Of a stretch of DNA of 64,000 bases, positions 54,766-63,133 are shown piece by piece (positions within the stretch are counted from its first letter, which is position 1; the number at the start of each line of letters is the position of its first letter). Location: IMG/VR virus record IMGVR_UViG_3300009838_000018, positions 5,177 through 69,176 of that record. One strand, 5' to 3'. The notes under the pieces are model-generated. The model was not told the origin of the DNA, searched no databases, and was given only the letters and a program-made list of their open reading frames with translations. Position numbers and translations under genes: made by a program. Origin of the DNA: a virus.

Positions 54766-55260
54766 TCAAGCCCGCAAGGGAAGACGTGTAAGGCTTACCT
54801 TGTTACCAGTAGGCTCCCACTTCTCCTCAATGATGGCAGCCGTAGTCTTGCTGGTGACTCGTTGAGCTTCGCTGTAAACCCTCACCGTAGACTCTTCTTT
54901 CGAGGCTCCACAACGGACGGAGCAGACCAGGCGAACATCGAAGGGGTTTTCCTTGTTCTGAAGCTCGGCTCCAACATGGAGCCAGGCTGGTGGAACATAG
55001 GTGTCCAGGGCCTCAACCTCGATATGGATGGGTACCTCTGGCGCTTCCGAGGGACTTTCTCGAAGAATATCCAGTGAAGGGTCATGCCCGATCTCAACAC
55101 AGAAGGACCGGACGCTCAGGCTCATTGCAGCCATTCCGTCCTTGTAGCCTCGCTCGTAGTCGGGGACCCCCTCATGCTTCTTGACAACGGTGGCCGACCC
55201 GTCCTTGAAGCCACGACGGTAGAGCATCACCCTTTCTATGGTTGGTCTTTCGTGGGACAT
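54766..55260 (-). CDS. hypothetical protein with PxW module
   Basis: PPAWLHVGAEL..IEEKWEP. Confidence 0.65.
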   Translation of the reverse strand: MSHERPTIERVMLYRRGFKDGSATVVKKHEGVPDYERGYKDGMAAMSLSVRSFCVEIGHDPSLDILRESPSEAPEVPIHIEVEALDTYVPPAWLHVGAELQNKENPFDVRLVCSVRCGASKEESTVRVYSEAQRVTSKTTAAIIEEKWEPTGNKVSLTRLPLRA

Positions 55261-55490
55261 CAACCTAGGAACCACAGAAGTTGATTAGTATTCCCCCGGC
55301 TTCCGGTCGCTGAAGTCGAACTTGATGGGAACCCCTGAGTCCACTTCGTACCCTGAGGCACGAAGCTCGACGGCCAGGCGCTCCACCTCTTCGTCTTCGA
55401 GAAACCAGGCGAGCCAGGGGGCCATGTTCCTGCTCGGAGGTCTTCCAGCCAAGAGGGCCGGGGTGCTCCGGGTCTTGACATAGAGGAACT

Positions 55491-56225
55491 TCACTTGAGC
55501 TTGTCCCAGTTGGGGTGGGTCACAGCGTAGGTGAGATCCGAGTTGTCCGGCTTTCGTCCCCAGTTGGACCGGATCTCGGAGGACGGAAACATTGGGTACC
55601 CAAGGGAATCTGCTGCCCAAGAGAGGACGAAGTCATCGGCAATGGACCCGGCCTCGACCAACTTCACCATATCCCTACAGCGAATCCACAGGCTGGTAGG
55701 CGGGATGCAGTTCTCCTCAGTGAGGAGTCCCGAGTCTAGGACTGCCTGAGCCACATCTCGGGTAATCCCAAGGACGCCACCTTGGATGTTTGGTGCCCCC
55801 TTGATGTCTTCCCTGAAGTAGGCTGTAGTGGTCTCCACCGTACCGAACAGACACGAAACAGCGGGAAGTTGCTTGAAGCGACGCCAGACCTGGGTGTCAG
55901 GGTCGATGCGGAAGAAGTAGGGCTCGGGTCCTTTGAGCAGGGCCTTCAGGAACCTGGTCACAAAGAGGTGGCAGGTCTTGTGGGCGAAGAGGTGAGAGCC
56001 CTTGATGAGCTTGACCTTGAAGGGCTTCACCAGGTCTGAGTAGTCCTCACCATCACCGTCAACGATGAGGACCACCCGAGACTCTGGGTAAGCTAAGCGA
56101 AGGTTCTTCAAGCACTGGACGAGGGGGACCTTGTTCTTGTACGCATGGATCAACCATGCGATATCGGAGTCTTTGGGGTCCTTGTGGTAGGGGACCTTGA
56201 AGGGCTTTACTCGAAGGGTGGTCAT
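55491..56225 (-). CDS. putative glycosyltransferase (GT-A-like)
   Basis: YFFRIDPDT (DxD-like), IQGG, DDFVLS, VTHP. Confidence 0.6.
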   Translation of the reverse strand: MTTLRVKPFKVPYHKDPKDSDIAWLIHAYKNKVPLVQCLKNLRLAYPESRVVLIVDGDGEDYSDLVKPFKVKLIKGSHLFAHKTCHLFVTRFLKALLKGPEPYFFRIDPDTQVWRRFKQLPAVSCLFGTVETTTAYFREDIKGAPNIQGGVLGITRDVAQAVLDSGLLTEENCIPPTSLWIRCRDMVKLVEAGSIADDFVLSWAADSLGYPMFPSSEIRSNWGRKPDNSDLTYAVTHPNWDKLK

Positions 56226-56914
56226 TTGGCAACCTTGCTCAGGACGTGCTGGATGAACTCGATGGGCGGTTTGACCCCGTGGGCTTGGATGTAGTGTCCG
56301 AAGCCAGCGGGCCAGACGTAGGTACCATCACCCTTGTCAGTGGTCCCCAGGTCTGTGCTGTGGGGGCACTTGAACCGGCAGTGGGGGTAGCCCATCCAGA
56401 ACTCCACGTCAGGTGCCCCGTTCAGGTAGGCTACTACGGTGGCCCGCTCCTGGGGGTCCCAGGAAGTGTCCACGAAGTCTCCCGGCCAGGGGAGCACGTT
56501 TTCCTTCTGAGCGTAGTGGCAGACGGCTGGGTCCTCATGGGAGGCCCAGTAGCCAATGTACCGCTCCTTGGTCTTCTTCCCCGGCTGGTCTGGGTGTCGG
56601 TCGAGGATCATGGGTACCTTCGCCCGTTCGGCTAGGCCCCTCTGAGTCACCTCGAACTCGGGCTCCCAGAAGTAGATGAGGTCCAATCGGAGGTGCTGGA
56701 TGTAGCCCTCCTTCCGACGGGTCCCGAAGAAGTCGAAGAACCCGACCCGGATGTATTCATCCATGAACTCAACAACCTCGGCCTTGTCCCCCTTCTTGAC
56801 GTGGAACTTCCCCTTCACCCCAAGAAGCTCGATGTCGATGTCGAAAGGCTCCCTGCAAACGAGGGGGGCACCAAGGACCAACCATTCCTGGGTCTCGCTG
56901 GGCACTTCAAACAT
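56222..56914 (-). CDS. hypothetical protein
   Basis: GGTGTA 9 nt upstream; C-terminal IGYW..HCRFKC..DGTYVWP..HYI..H domain. Confidence 0.75.
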   Translation of the reverse strand: MFEVPSETQEWLVLGAPLVCREPFDIDIELLGVKGKFHVKKGDKAEVVEFMDEYIRVGFFDFFGTRRKEGYIQHLRLDLIYFWEPEFEVTQRGLAERAKVPMILDRHPDQPGKKTKERYIGYWASHEDPAVCHYAQKENVLPWPGDFVDTSWDPQERATVVAYLNGAPDVEFWMGYPHCRFKCPHSTDLGTTDKGDGTYVWPAGFGHYIQAHGVKPPIEFIQHVLSKVAK

Positions 56915-56922
56915 GCCCGGTT

Positions 56923-57399
56923 CTACACCGGGTCTAGGACAAGCTCCCAGAAGACCTGGCCTGGTTTCTCGGGTAGGTCCAACCTACGGTAGACCTTGGG
57001 GTAACCCTTCAGGTGATTCAGCATGAGGCTAGCCGGAGCCGACCTTGTAGAGGGTAAGACTCGAATGGCCCACCCCCGTTTGATGAATCGGTCTATTATC
57101 TGGGGGGAGGTCAACGGAGACTCCTCTTTGAGGACTGAGATCACCGCAACCTTGAGGGGGACCTCACCCTCTGGGGTGATCACAACCCTCCCACCAGACC
57201 CTTCGTGATACACAGCCGAGTGTTCTCTTGGGTCGGGTCTTTGGATCCGCTCAAGAAGGTCTGGGATACCACTGGACTGGGCGACAATCGACTCAGCGAT
57301 TTTTGCCAGCTTATCCAGGGGTACCCCAGGGAACTCTCGCCTCAGGGCTCGAAGTGACCTTGTAAACGTTCGTGCATGGGCGAGTAGTGTATCACCCAT
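56923..57399 (-). CDS. hypothetical protein, possible C-terminal winged helix
   Basis: VAVISVLKEESPLTSPQIIDRF. Confidence 0.55.
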   Translation of the reverse strand: MGDTLLAHARTFTRSLRALRREFPGVPLDKLAKIAESIVAQSSGIPDLLERIQRPDPREHSAVYHEGSGGRVVITPEGEVPLKVAVISVLKEESPLTSPQIIDRFIKRGWAIRVLPSTRSAPASLMLNHLKGYPKVYRRLDLPEKPGQVFWELVLDPV

Positions 57400-57694
57400 T
57401 GAGCTTTCCGAACGAGTATGGTTCGTAGCCAGCCTTCTTGATGACCAGGATGAGGTCCCGCTCCCGCTTGCGGTTCCAGACCCGACCATCGGGGAGCTGA
57501 GCCCGATAGCCATCGGAGACCATCTGGATGAGGACCCGCTTCGAGTCGGCAGCCTTCTTGGGCTTCGGGGGCAGGAATTGAACCGGCTTGACCGCCTCAC
57601 CAAGGACATGTTCCCTGAGCGTTTTCAGGATCTCGTCGATGGTCCGGTCGAAGATGGCATGGAGCTTGGAACGGAGAGCTGAGTTGTCGGTCAT
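57392..57694 (-). CDS. hypothetical protein
   Basis: GGTGTA 10 nt upstream. Confidence 0.65.
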   Translation of the reverse strand: MTDNSALRSKLHAIFDRTIDEILKTLREHVLGEAVKPVQFLPPKPKKAADSKRVLIQMVSDGYRAQLPDGRVWNRKRERDLILVIKKAGYEPYSFGKLNG

Positions 57695-57878
57695 GTAGGG
57701 GTACTACACCGCCCCGAGGGCCATCCGGACAGGATTTACGGACGGAGACCCCAACTTTCTTTCGGTTTTCGGAGGCCGGGCTTGCTCCCCAGAGGTTCAG
57801 TGTGCCTGCAATAGGCGCATTTTCGTGTTGGTTGCCCTCGATGGGTTCCTCGTTGCCAGAGATGTTTCAAACAGGGTT

Positions 57879-58193
57879 TCATGGGTTTTCGTAGGTGGAT
57901 AGCTTACCATAGACGTTACGGGTCCACCCGTTCTGGTGACCGTGTGCGTTCCCAATGAGGACACGCCCGTCTTGCCCCACCGCCTTGACGTAGTGCAGAT
58001 AGAAGGTTCCTCGAACCTTGCAGAACGCCACGTCACCCACTTGTAGGTCTTCCAGCTTGCACGGCTCAACAGTCACGGTAACTCCACTTTTGAGCTTGGG
58101 GAGCATAGAGTTCCCGTACTCCCGGTAGGTCACCGGCTCTCCGGCCTCTAGTTTCTTGGCAAGAGCAGCGTGCTTGCTCACAGCTTGTTCCAC
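57879..58193 (-). CDS. S24/S26 peptidase-like small protein
   Basis: YGNSMLPKLKSG..VGDVAFCKV..YLHYVKA. Confidence 0.7.
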   Translation of the reverse strand: MEQAVSKHAALAKKLEAGEPVTYREYGNSMLPKLKSGVTVTVEPCKLEDLQVGDVAFCKVRGTFYLHYVKAVGQDGRVLIGNAHGHQNGWTRNVYGKLSTYENP

Positions 58194-58393
58194 TTCTGTA
58201 CGAGTTCAACGAGGTCCTTGACCATCTCTCCTCGGACTCGGACCCGAGCCATGTGGTCTTCGAGGTTGGCTACCTCTGGCTGGACGGAGGCCACCCCCTT
58301 GATGTGTCGGATGGCATTGAGAATGCCCTCGGCATCATCTTCTCTGATGTCGTGGTCGAAGGTGACCACGACCCCCTTCAATCGGTCAGTCAT
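58178..58393 (-). CDS. hypothetical protein
   Basis: 71 aa, coupled. Confidence 0.6.
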   Translation of the reverse strand: MTDRLKGVVVTFDHDIREDDAEGILNAIRHIKGVASVQPEVANLEDHMARVRVRGEMVKDLVELVQKWNKL

Positions 58394-58677
58394 CTTGCGA
58401 TCTCCTTGACAAGGAGTTGAATCATATCACTCGCATGGGCGAGCGACCGTGTGTACCGGTTGAGGAGCTTTGCCAGCTCCTCAGGGGGCGGCTTGTCGAT
58501 CCGCTCGAACCCGTAGTGGTACCCACGCTCACTGTCCTTCATCCACTCCGGGGCAAGCTCCTGAGCATAGTCCTTGAAGCACTCATCGCTCGAATCGGAG
58601 TCTTGCCACTGGTAGACGGACTCTTCCTCGTTGAGCCCCGAGGGGCAGTTGCCCTTGTGCCAGAATCGTACCCACAT
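58390..58677 (-). CDS. hypothetical protein
   Basis: 95 aa, coupled. Confidence 0.6.
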   Translation of the reverse strand: MWVRFWHKGNCPSGLNEEESVYQWQDSDSSDECFKDYAQELAPEWMKDSERGYHYGFERIDKPPPEELAKLLNRYTRSLAHASDMIQLLVKEIAR

Positions 58678-58943
58678 CAGAGAATGTCCTCCCTCTCGAA
58701 CCTAGAAGGGGGCTCTTCTGGCCCGGCCTCCTTGATGACAAGGTTGACGCTTGAGGTGCCCTGAATGGGGGCGTTGACCTCGATGATGACAGGGTCGCTG
58801 TCCTGCATCCGGCGGAATATCTTCTCCTCTTCGTTCACCCGACCCAGCTCCTTGAGCCTACGGATCTTCCGGGTGACCCACAGGTACATGAGCCCGGCGA
58901 TGGTCCAGCTCACCACTGGGGCGATGAAGAGGGTCCAGCTCAT
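58677..58943 (-). CDS. membrane-anchored protein with C-terminal SRFER tag
   Basis: N-terminal TM helix; ends EEPPSRFEREDIL. Confidence 0.75.
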   Translation of the reverse strand: MSWTLFIAPVVSWTIAGLMYLWVTRKIRRLKELGRVNEEEKIFRRMQDSDPVIIEVNAPIQGTSSVNLVIKEAGPEEPPSRFEREDIL

Positions 58944-59719
58944 ATCACGTCATCCCTCTCGAACCTGAGAGGGGGCTCGGAAGGCTTCTCCGGCTCCGCT
59001 GGCTGAGCTTGGGCAGGTTGCTGGGGTGCCCTTGGGGTCCCTGCTTGGTTACGTAGGAGACTTCGCATCACCTCAGGCCAGTCTGGAAGCTGGTCATGGT
59101 CCCGCCAGGAGAACATCTGGAGCATCCGACCACGAAACACATCCATCCCCCTCAACCGAACCAAACACTCGTACCGGGTGTCCCCGATGATCTGCTCTGG
59201 ACTGATTCCAGCTTCATGAAGGGTGGCAAAGTCCTCGTAGTAGTGGGTCAGGTTCTCCATGGACCGATTGAGGTTCCCCATCATGCGGTTGATGTTCTCC
59301 TCCATGTTGGTGCCCAAGTCCTGCATCAACGCATCGAACTGCTGCATGGTTTGATCGAGAGTCGTACCTGGATCGACCGGGACCCCGTTGACCGACCTGC
59401 TTCGGTGGTAGAGGAACATGGGGGAGGGTGGAACCAGTCCACTCCTTGGGTGGACATGGTCGGCCCGAGCAAGACTGACAGCAGCCGCTACCGCTTCAGC
59501 CGTTCCGGTAGGGGGTCGAACTGGTGGAGTCTGGGGGGCTCGGGTCTTCTCAGGGTGGACAGGGCAGACATTGCTTGGGCACTCTGCATCCTCACAGGAG
59601 TTGCACCGACACTTCCGAGCATCCTCCTTGGCCCTTCTCTTGGAGCGGAAGTACACGGTCAGGGAGGTTACCAGGACTCCGAAAAGCAGAATGATTCCAA
59701 TGAGGGAGACTCGAAGCAT
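58940..59719 (-). CDS. membrane-anchored protein with C-terminal RFER tag
   Basis: N-terminal TM helix, Cys cluster; ends SEPPLRFERDDVI. Confidence 0.75.
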   Translation of the reverse strand: MLRVSLIGIILLFGVLVTSLTVYFRSKRRAKEDARKCRCNSCEDAECPSNVCPVHPEKTRAPQTPPVRPPTGTAEAVAAAVSLARADHVHPRSGLVPPSPMFLYHRSRSVNGVPVDPGTTLDQTMQQFDALMQDLGTNMEENINRMMGNLNRSMENLTHYYEDFATLHEAGISPEQIIGDTRYECLVRLRGMDVFRGRMLQMFSWRDHDQLPDWPEVMRSLLRNQAGTPRAPQQPAQAQPAEPEKPSEPPLRFERDDVI

Positions 59720-59722
59720 CCG

Positions 59723-60268
59723 CTACCCCCTACTCCAGTAGGCAACCTCTCGATAGGCGGCCCCCCAGACCTGAAGCTGCTTTCGGTCGAAGCTCAGGTT
59801 GACCACCAGGTCCTCCTCCAGATCCCGGAACCCAATCTCTCGGTCCCAGAGGTCCCTCCAAGCGTCTTCAGTCAGCCCAAGGGAGAAGGGCCTCTTCTTG
59901 GACATCAGCTCATCCAAGCGCTTCAGGAAGCGCTTGGGGACCTTGATCGAGAGGTCATGGAGGGACATGAAGTGGACCCGACCATCGGTTCCAAAATGGG
60001 CTGTGAAGGTAGCCCCTGTGCTCCGACTGATAGCAAGGGCGTACCCATGCTCGAAGGACCCACGACCGAAGATCCGGTCGATGACCTCCTCTGGAAGGTG
60101 CTCGTCCCCGTAACCGTCAAGGATGAGGTAGGTGTCCCCACCCACCTTGAAGTCGAAGTTGAAGAGCTTCGAGGTGGGTGGAGTCCGGACCTTGCACTTC
60201 AGGGACTTCCCACTTGGAGGCAGAACCTCGGTGATGAGCTTCCCGTGGTAGGTCGATCCAGTAGTCAT
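59723..60268 (-). CDS. hypothetical protein
   Basis: 181 aa; AGAGGT RBS. Confidence 0.7.
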   Translation of the reverse strand: MTTGSTYHGKLITEVLPPSGKSLKCKVRTPPTSKLFNFDFKVGGDTYLILDGYGDEHLPEEVIDRIFGRGSFEHGYALAISRSTGATFTAHFGTDGRVHFMSLHDLSIKVPKRFLKRLDELMSKKRPFSLGLTEDAWRDLWDREIGFRDLEEDLVVNLSFDRKQLQVWGAAYREVAYWSRG

Positions 60269-61623
60269 ACCTCTATTGACACCTTGGAGGCCAGATCCAG
60301 CAGGCGTTCCCTCGTGTTTGCCTCAGGATCGTCCGTGACCGCCTCCAGAAGAGCTGCAAGAACCTTCCCGACACCAGGTCCAGGTGGGATCCCCAGGTGA
60401 TCCATCACGTCCTTTCCGTTGATGACCAGGACCTTGGTCGAGGTCGGCATGACCTCGGTCACCTGCATCGTGGCGATCCTGGACTCCAATTCGTCAATGA
60501 TTTCGGGCTCCAGCTCCATCATGGCTGGACCCTTCCCTGCGATGTCCGCCCGAGCCAGGGTGCAGAGGGGGGCCACGTTTTCCAGCCCTACTCGACGGAC
60601 CCAGCGACGGATGGTGGCCTTCGACCAGCCCTTCTCGTACCGGATGAAGTGGTGCCGAACCAGGTGGACGATCCGGTCACGGTCTTCGGTCGAGAACTTC
60701 AGGCGGTTCAGGATGGTCTCGGTGACTTCGGCCCCGACCACCTCATGGTCGTAGAAGGTCCCGTCCCCGGTGACCGGGTGAGGGGCCTTCACGAGGGGCT
60801 TGCCCACGTCATGAAAGAGGGCGCCCAGCCGGAGGATCGGGTCTCCTACCGGGCAAGCGTCCAGGACCCGCAACGTGTGCTCCCACACGTCGTAGGCGTG
60901 GTACTTGTTCTGAGAGCACCCGAACATCAACTCAAACTCGGGTACCGTGACTCCGAGGATCCCGGTTTCGGCCATAACCCTGAACGCCCGTGAGGGTTCT
61001 GGAGCAGCCATGGCCTTCAACCACTCGGCCTGGATTCGTTCCACGGCAACCTGGGCATAGGTACCCAGGGAAGGGCGGATGGCGGCCATGGTGTTGCACT
61101 CGATGTTGAACCCGAGGGTGGCAGCGAACCGAGCCGCACGAAGGACTCGTAGCCCGTCCTCGGAGAACCTCTGGAGGGGGTTGCCCACCGCTCGGATGAC
61201 CTTGATGCTCAGGTCCTTCCGGCCCCCGTAGGGGTCAGCGTACACGTCCCTGAGGGGGTCGTAGGCGATGGCATTGACGGTGAAATCCCGTCGGGCCAGG
61301 TCTTCCTCGATGGTATTCAGGAACCGGACGGAGTCTGGCCTTCGGCCGTCGGAGTAGTCTCCGTCACCCCTGAAGGTCGTGACCTCGTAGCCCTCACCGT
61401 CGATGAGGACCGTGACGGTTCCGTGCTGGATGCCGGTCTCGATGACTCGGGGGAAGAGGTCACCCTCGGTGATCGTTCTGGGGTGGGCGTCGGTTGCGAT
61501 GTCCCAGTCGTGGGCGTCACGGCCCAGAAGGGCGTCACGGACGGCCCCACCGACCAGCCAGGCTTCATGCCCGGCGTCTCGAAGGGTTTCGCAGATGTGG
61601 ATGACAGAAATGGGGACTCGCAT
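60265..61623 (-). CDS. cca: CCA-adding tRNA nucleotidyltransferase with HD domain
   Basis: LVGGAVRDALLG..DWDIAT, EDLARRDFTVNA, EDGLRVLRAARF, HD domain (LFHDVGKP), C-terminal INGKDVM..GPGVGKVL. Confidence 0.9.
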   Translation of the reverse strand: MRVPISVIHICETLRDAGHEAWLVGGAVRDALLGRDAHDWDIATDAHPRTITEGDLFPRVIETGIQHGTVTVLIDGEGYEVTTFRGDGDYSDGRRPDSVRFLNTIEEDLARRDFTVNAIAYDPLRDVYADPYGGRKDLSIKVIRAVGNPLQRFSEDGLRVLRAARFAATLGFNIECNTMAAIRPSLGTYAQVAVERIQAEWLKAMAAPEPSRAFRVMAETGILGVTVPEFELMFGCSQNKYHAYDVWEHTLRVLDACPVGDPILRLGALFHDVGKPLVKAPHPVTGDGTFYDHEVVGAEVTETILNRLKFSTEDRDRIVHLVRHHFIRYEKGWSKATIRRWVRRVGLENVAPLCTLARADIAGKGPAMMELEPEIIDELESRIATMQVTEVMPTSTKVLVINGKDVMDHLGIPPGPGVGKVLAALLEAVTDDPEANTRERLLDLASKVSIEV

Positions 61624-61657
61624 GGCTTTCTCTACAACGGATGAGCAGGCTGAAGTT

Positions 61658-61891
61658 TCAACCTGGTGGGACCCAAGAGGGTCGTTTCCCGAACCCGAAG
61701 GTCCAAAGGGCGTATTCCCAGGCGCCTTCTTCGGCATGAGCCTGAGCCAACATATCAGAGTCGAAGATGTGACCAAGTTCCCTGGCCCTCTTCAAGGCCG
61801 GTTGAATGGTCATGAGTCCAGATACCCCCTCGGGCTTCATAGCCGAGAGATACCCACACAGGAACAGCAAGAACTTCTGATGTTCTGACAT
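61658..61891 (-). CDS. hypothetical protein
   Basis: GGTGTA 10 nt upstream. Confidence 0.65.
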   Translation of the reverse strand: MSEHQKFLLFLCGYLSAMKPEGVSGLMTIQPALKRARELGHIFDSDMLAQAHAEEGAWEYALWTFGFGKRPSWVPPG

Positions 61892-61945
61892 GACTGATTT
61901 CTACACCGGAAGGGTTGATAACCTGTTCTTGGAGGTAACTGATCG

Positions 61946-62197
61946 GTGAGGACGCCCCGGACTACGTTGGCGACGGCAGACGAAGTGGAAGAGGCTTGCC
62001 GCAAGATCATCCGGATCTTCCCCAAGATCGTTGATCTGTACTACTCGGGCAAGCCGTCTTTGGGGGCACTCGTCACCTTCGCCATTCAAGAAGTGTACCC
62101 CGCTGGGCCGGTCAGAACTCATTCCCGAGAGTTCTTCAACGTGATGACTAGGCTTCTTGATGTAGAGGACCCCCGTGGCAAAGACCATCACCATTGA
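61946..62197 (+). CDS. hypothetical protein
   Basis: 83 aa. Confidence 0.5.
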   Translation: MRTPRTTLATADEVEEACRKIIRIFPKIVDLYYSGKPSLGALVTFAIQEVYPAGPVRTHSREFFNVMTRLLDVEDPRGKDHHH

Positions 62198-62489
62198 AGT
62201 AACATCAGAAAAGGGAACCCAGCGGTTGAAAGTGGTTGTAGGGGTGAGCATCACCATCTTCGTTGACGGTCAGGAGAGGGTCTACAAGAAGGGTGACCTT
62301 GCTAGGTACTCAAGGCTTCGGGACGTTTCGGGGGTTGGGAGGCTAGTTGAGGTCAACGAGCGCAAGGTAGTCCTGGAGGACTTTCGGAGGACGCTCCTTG
62401 ACTTCGTGAAGTTCGAGGAGTTGAATCGAGACTTTGACAACTCGAAGGTCTCTGCCCCTGGATTGCATGACGGGTATGTAAAGAGTTGA
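62175..62489 (+). CDS. hypothetical protein
   Basis: 104 aa. Confidence 0.55.
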   Translation: MAKTITIEVTSEKGTQRLKVVVGVSITIFVDGQERVYKKGDLARYSRLRDVSGVGRLVEVNERKVVLEDFRRTLLDFVKFEELNRDFDNSKVSAPGLHDGYVKS

Positions 62490-62495
62490 TAGGGG

Positions 62496-62729
62496 ATGTC
62501 TAGCACCATGATCACTCCGGAACAGATCACTGCCTCGTGCGCAAAGATCCTCGCAACCCCAGAAGGGGCTATCTTGGCAGCCAAGCACAAGGAGGCACCA
62601 CGAGTGAGTGGTGCCTTGGGTGCCTTGTCCAAGATGGTCTTCCAGGACCTCCGCTTCCCTGATTCCCCCGATAAGGCTCCCAGTATGACTGACATTGGCC
62701 TGGAGCTTGAGAAGCAGCTCTCGGTGTAG
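62496..62729 (+). CDS. hypothetical protein
   Basis: 77 aa. Confidence 0.55.
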   Translation: MSSTMITPEQITASCAKILATPEGAILAAKHKEAPRVSGALGALSKMVFQDLRFPDSPDKAPSMTDIGLELEKQLSV

Positions 62730-62737
62730 TCCGAGGG

Positions 62738-63133
62738 ATGCCAGTACGAAAGTCCTCGGAGAACACCCTGGGGAAGATCCTGGAAGGACTTCCCTCAGCC
62801 GCAACCAGGCACCTCATCATCCTTCAGTGTGGCAAGTATGCCCTTGCTGAAGCGGCCAAGGCGGAGGATGCCAACCAGCCAGAGGCAGCTAGCGGGGCCA
62901 ACGATGCCGCCATGGCTGTCCTCCTTCAACTTGGGGAGGACCCAGTAGAGCTGAAGAGGTTCGGTCGTCTTGAGGGGGTCAGGCTCAAGACGAGCCTCTT
63001 CAAACCACTCAAGGGGTTGGACCTTGGCCCTAGGGAGCAGATGGTCTATCAGGCGGCCTTGGACACGGCGGAAGTCCAGATGCGAAGGCTCTACGACTCC
63101 AACTACAGGTACCCAGAGGTCTTCTGTGCATGA
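62738..63133 (+). CDS. hypothetical protein
   Basis: GGTGTA 9 nt upstream. Confidence 0.65.
   Translation: MPVRKSSENTLGKILEGLPSAATRHLIILQCGKYALAEAAKAEDANQPEAASGANDAAMAVLLQLGEDPVELKRFGRLEGVRLKTSLFKPLKGLDLGPREQMVYQAALDTAEVQMRRLYDSNYRYPEVFCA

Noticed and set aside
59096-60400. 434-aa plus-strand ORF
   Set aside because: Antisense shadow of the minus-strand genes 58940..59719 and 59723..60268; no recognisable motifs
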